Shown here one piece after another: positions 15,518 to 16,701 of a stretch of 16,701 bases of DNA. Where the stretch lies: positions 1 to 16,701 of the forward strand of contig JBDKRC010000339.1 of assembly GCA_039683575.1 (NCBI GenBank), given 5' to 3'. Source of the DNA: Armatimonadia bacterium (GTDB lineage Bacteria; Armatimonadota; Zipacnadia; Zipacnadales; UBA11051). The notes under the pieces are model-generated. The model saw only the letters and a list, made by a program, of their open reading frames with translations. It was not told the DNA's origin and searched no databases. Positions within the stretch are counted from its first letter, which is position 1. Each line of letters opens with the position of its first letter. A program made the position numbers and the translations under genes.

Positions 15518-16701
15518 TCGCCGTCCAGCGCACCACCGCAACAGTTGACACTCTCCCGCAGGTAGTCCCGGCTCGACTGACCCAGCCCGGCTGGCGCTTC
15601 GGCCACCTGACCGCCCGCCTGCTGAGCCCCGAAAGCGTCGCGCTTGAGGTCCTGCTGCTTGACACCACCTCCGGCTCGTGCGAGATCCTGACCGCACCGC
15701 TGCCGCCCGCGGTGCTCGAATACCCGTCCCTCGCGCCCGCCGTGCCCGCCGCGCATCGCGCCGAACGCGCCGTGCACGACTTCTTCGGCGTCCGCGCCGT
15801 GGGTCCGCGTGGCTCTCAAAGCCTCATTCTCCACGACGACGTCTGGCCGCTGGATGTCACGCCCCTGGCCCCCGAACTCGGCGGCACGCGTGACCCGTAC
15901 GTGTTCCGCAAGGTCCTCGGCGAGGGCGTCCACGAGATCCCGGTCGGCCCCATCCACGCCGGCATCATCGAGCCCGGCCACTTCCGCTTCAGTTGCGTCG
16001 GCGAGATCATTACCAACCTCGAAATCCGCCTCGGCTACCAGCATCGCGGTATCGAGAAGCGGCTCGCCGAGCTACCGTGGCAGCAAACGCGCTACCTCGC
16101 CGAATCCGCCAGTAGCGATACCGCCGCCGGCAATGCCCTCGCCCACGCCGTCGCTATCGAGTCGCTCCTTGGTGTGGACTGCCCGCCGCGCGCCCAGGCC
16201 CTGCGCACCCTCGCCCTCGAGGTCGAGCGCCTCGCCAACCACGCGGGTGACCTTGGCGCCCTCGCCGGTGATATCGGCTACAGCCCCGGCGCGGCCCTCT
16301 TCCCGCCCCTGCGCGGTGCCGCCCTGGCCCTGGCACAACTCCTCAGCGGCAACCGCCGCCAGCGCTGGTATATCCGCCCCGGTGGAGTAAGCCGCGACCT
16401 GCCGCAGGATCGCCTGACTGACTTCAGCGCGGGCCTGGCCGACCTCAAGCGCCGCCTGCACGACTACGTGCCGCTAATTCTCGACAACCCCTCGGTCCTC
16501 GACCGCATGGAGGGCACCGGGCGCGTCACGCCGTCCATGGCCCGCGACTTCGGCCTCGTCGGCCCCGCCGCCCGCGCCGGCGGCAGCACCTACGACGCCC
16601 GCACCGCCTTCGCCCACGGCGTCTACCCGACCCACGCGCCAAATCCCGCCACCCTCGAAACCGGCGACGTGCTAGCCCGCGCCCAGATCAAAGCTGACGA
16701 A
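15514..16701 (+). CDS. hyfG: HyfG/HycE-like large subunit (NuoC+NuoD-like) lacking L1 cysteines (Ehr type); 3'-partial
   Basis: Not in the ORF track because it has no stop in the window. Translated by hand from ATG 15514 (ATGA overlap with hyfF) and open for 396 codons: YPSLAP, AERAVHDFFG, GVHEIPVGPIHAGIIEPGHFRF, RLGYQHRGIEK, LEVERLANH, GPAARA and GDVLAR. Confidence 0.92.
   Translation, partial: MIAVQRTTATVDTLPQVVPARLTQPGWRFGHLTARLLSPESVALEVLLLDTTSGSCEILTAPLPPAVLEYPSLAPAVPAAHRAERAVHDFFGVRAVGPRGSQSLILHDDVWPLDVTPLAPELGGTRDPYVFRKVLGEGVHEIPVGPIHAGIIEPGHFRFSCVGEIITNLEIRLGYQHRGIEKRLAELPWQQTRYLAESASSDTAAGNALAHAVAIESLLGVDCPPRAQALRTLALEVERLANHAGDLGALAGDIGYSPGAALFPPLRGAALALAQLLSGNRRQRWYIRPGGVSRDLPQDRLTDFSAGLADLKRRLHDYVPLILDNPSVLDRMEGTGRVTPSMARDFGLVGPAARAGGSTYDARTAFAHGVYPTHAPNPATLETGDVLARAQIKADE

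Noticed and set aside
1-16701. CRISPR arrays, tRNA or rRNA genes
   Set aside because: Intergenic regions are short and contain no regularly spaced repeats or cloverleaf/rRNA signatures.

Overview
GC-rich bacterial DNA, probably Armatimonadota-like, judged from the IIAILAAILFPVFAKAREKAR prepilin/H-X9-DG gene and a secreted CBM9-like/DUF4091-type glycosidase. From left to right: (1) a prepilin-type DUF1559/H-X9-DG gene whose 5' end is replaced at ~119/120 by what looks like an IS end; (2) a bidirectional terminator; (3) a complete minus-strand operon with its own promoter and terminator, encoding an acetyl-CoA-synthetase-like ligase, an acyl carrier protein, an MBOAT ending in FIYFKF and an SGNH/DltD-like protein, i.e. 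a Dlt-like envelope acylation module with an ACS-type loader; (4) a divergent ~850 aa secreted putative glycoside hydrolase; (5) a lower-GC three-gene cassette of STAS-like+HATPase kinase, STAS (DUF4325-like) protein and PIN nuclease, a candidate phosphorylation-switched toxin-antitoxin/defence system; (6) a hyfB-C-E-F-G-like operon whose large subunit (missing from the ORF track, runs off the window) lacks the L1 NiFe cysteines, so it is Ehr-type rather than a true hydrogenase, and is preceded by a strong promoter and a structured leader. No rRNA, tRNA or CRISPR array was seen. All family calls come from motif recognition, not database searches.
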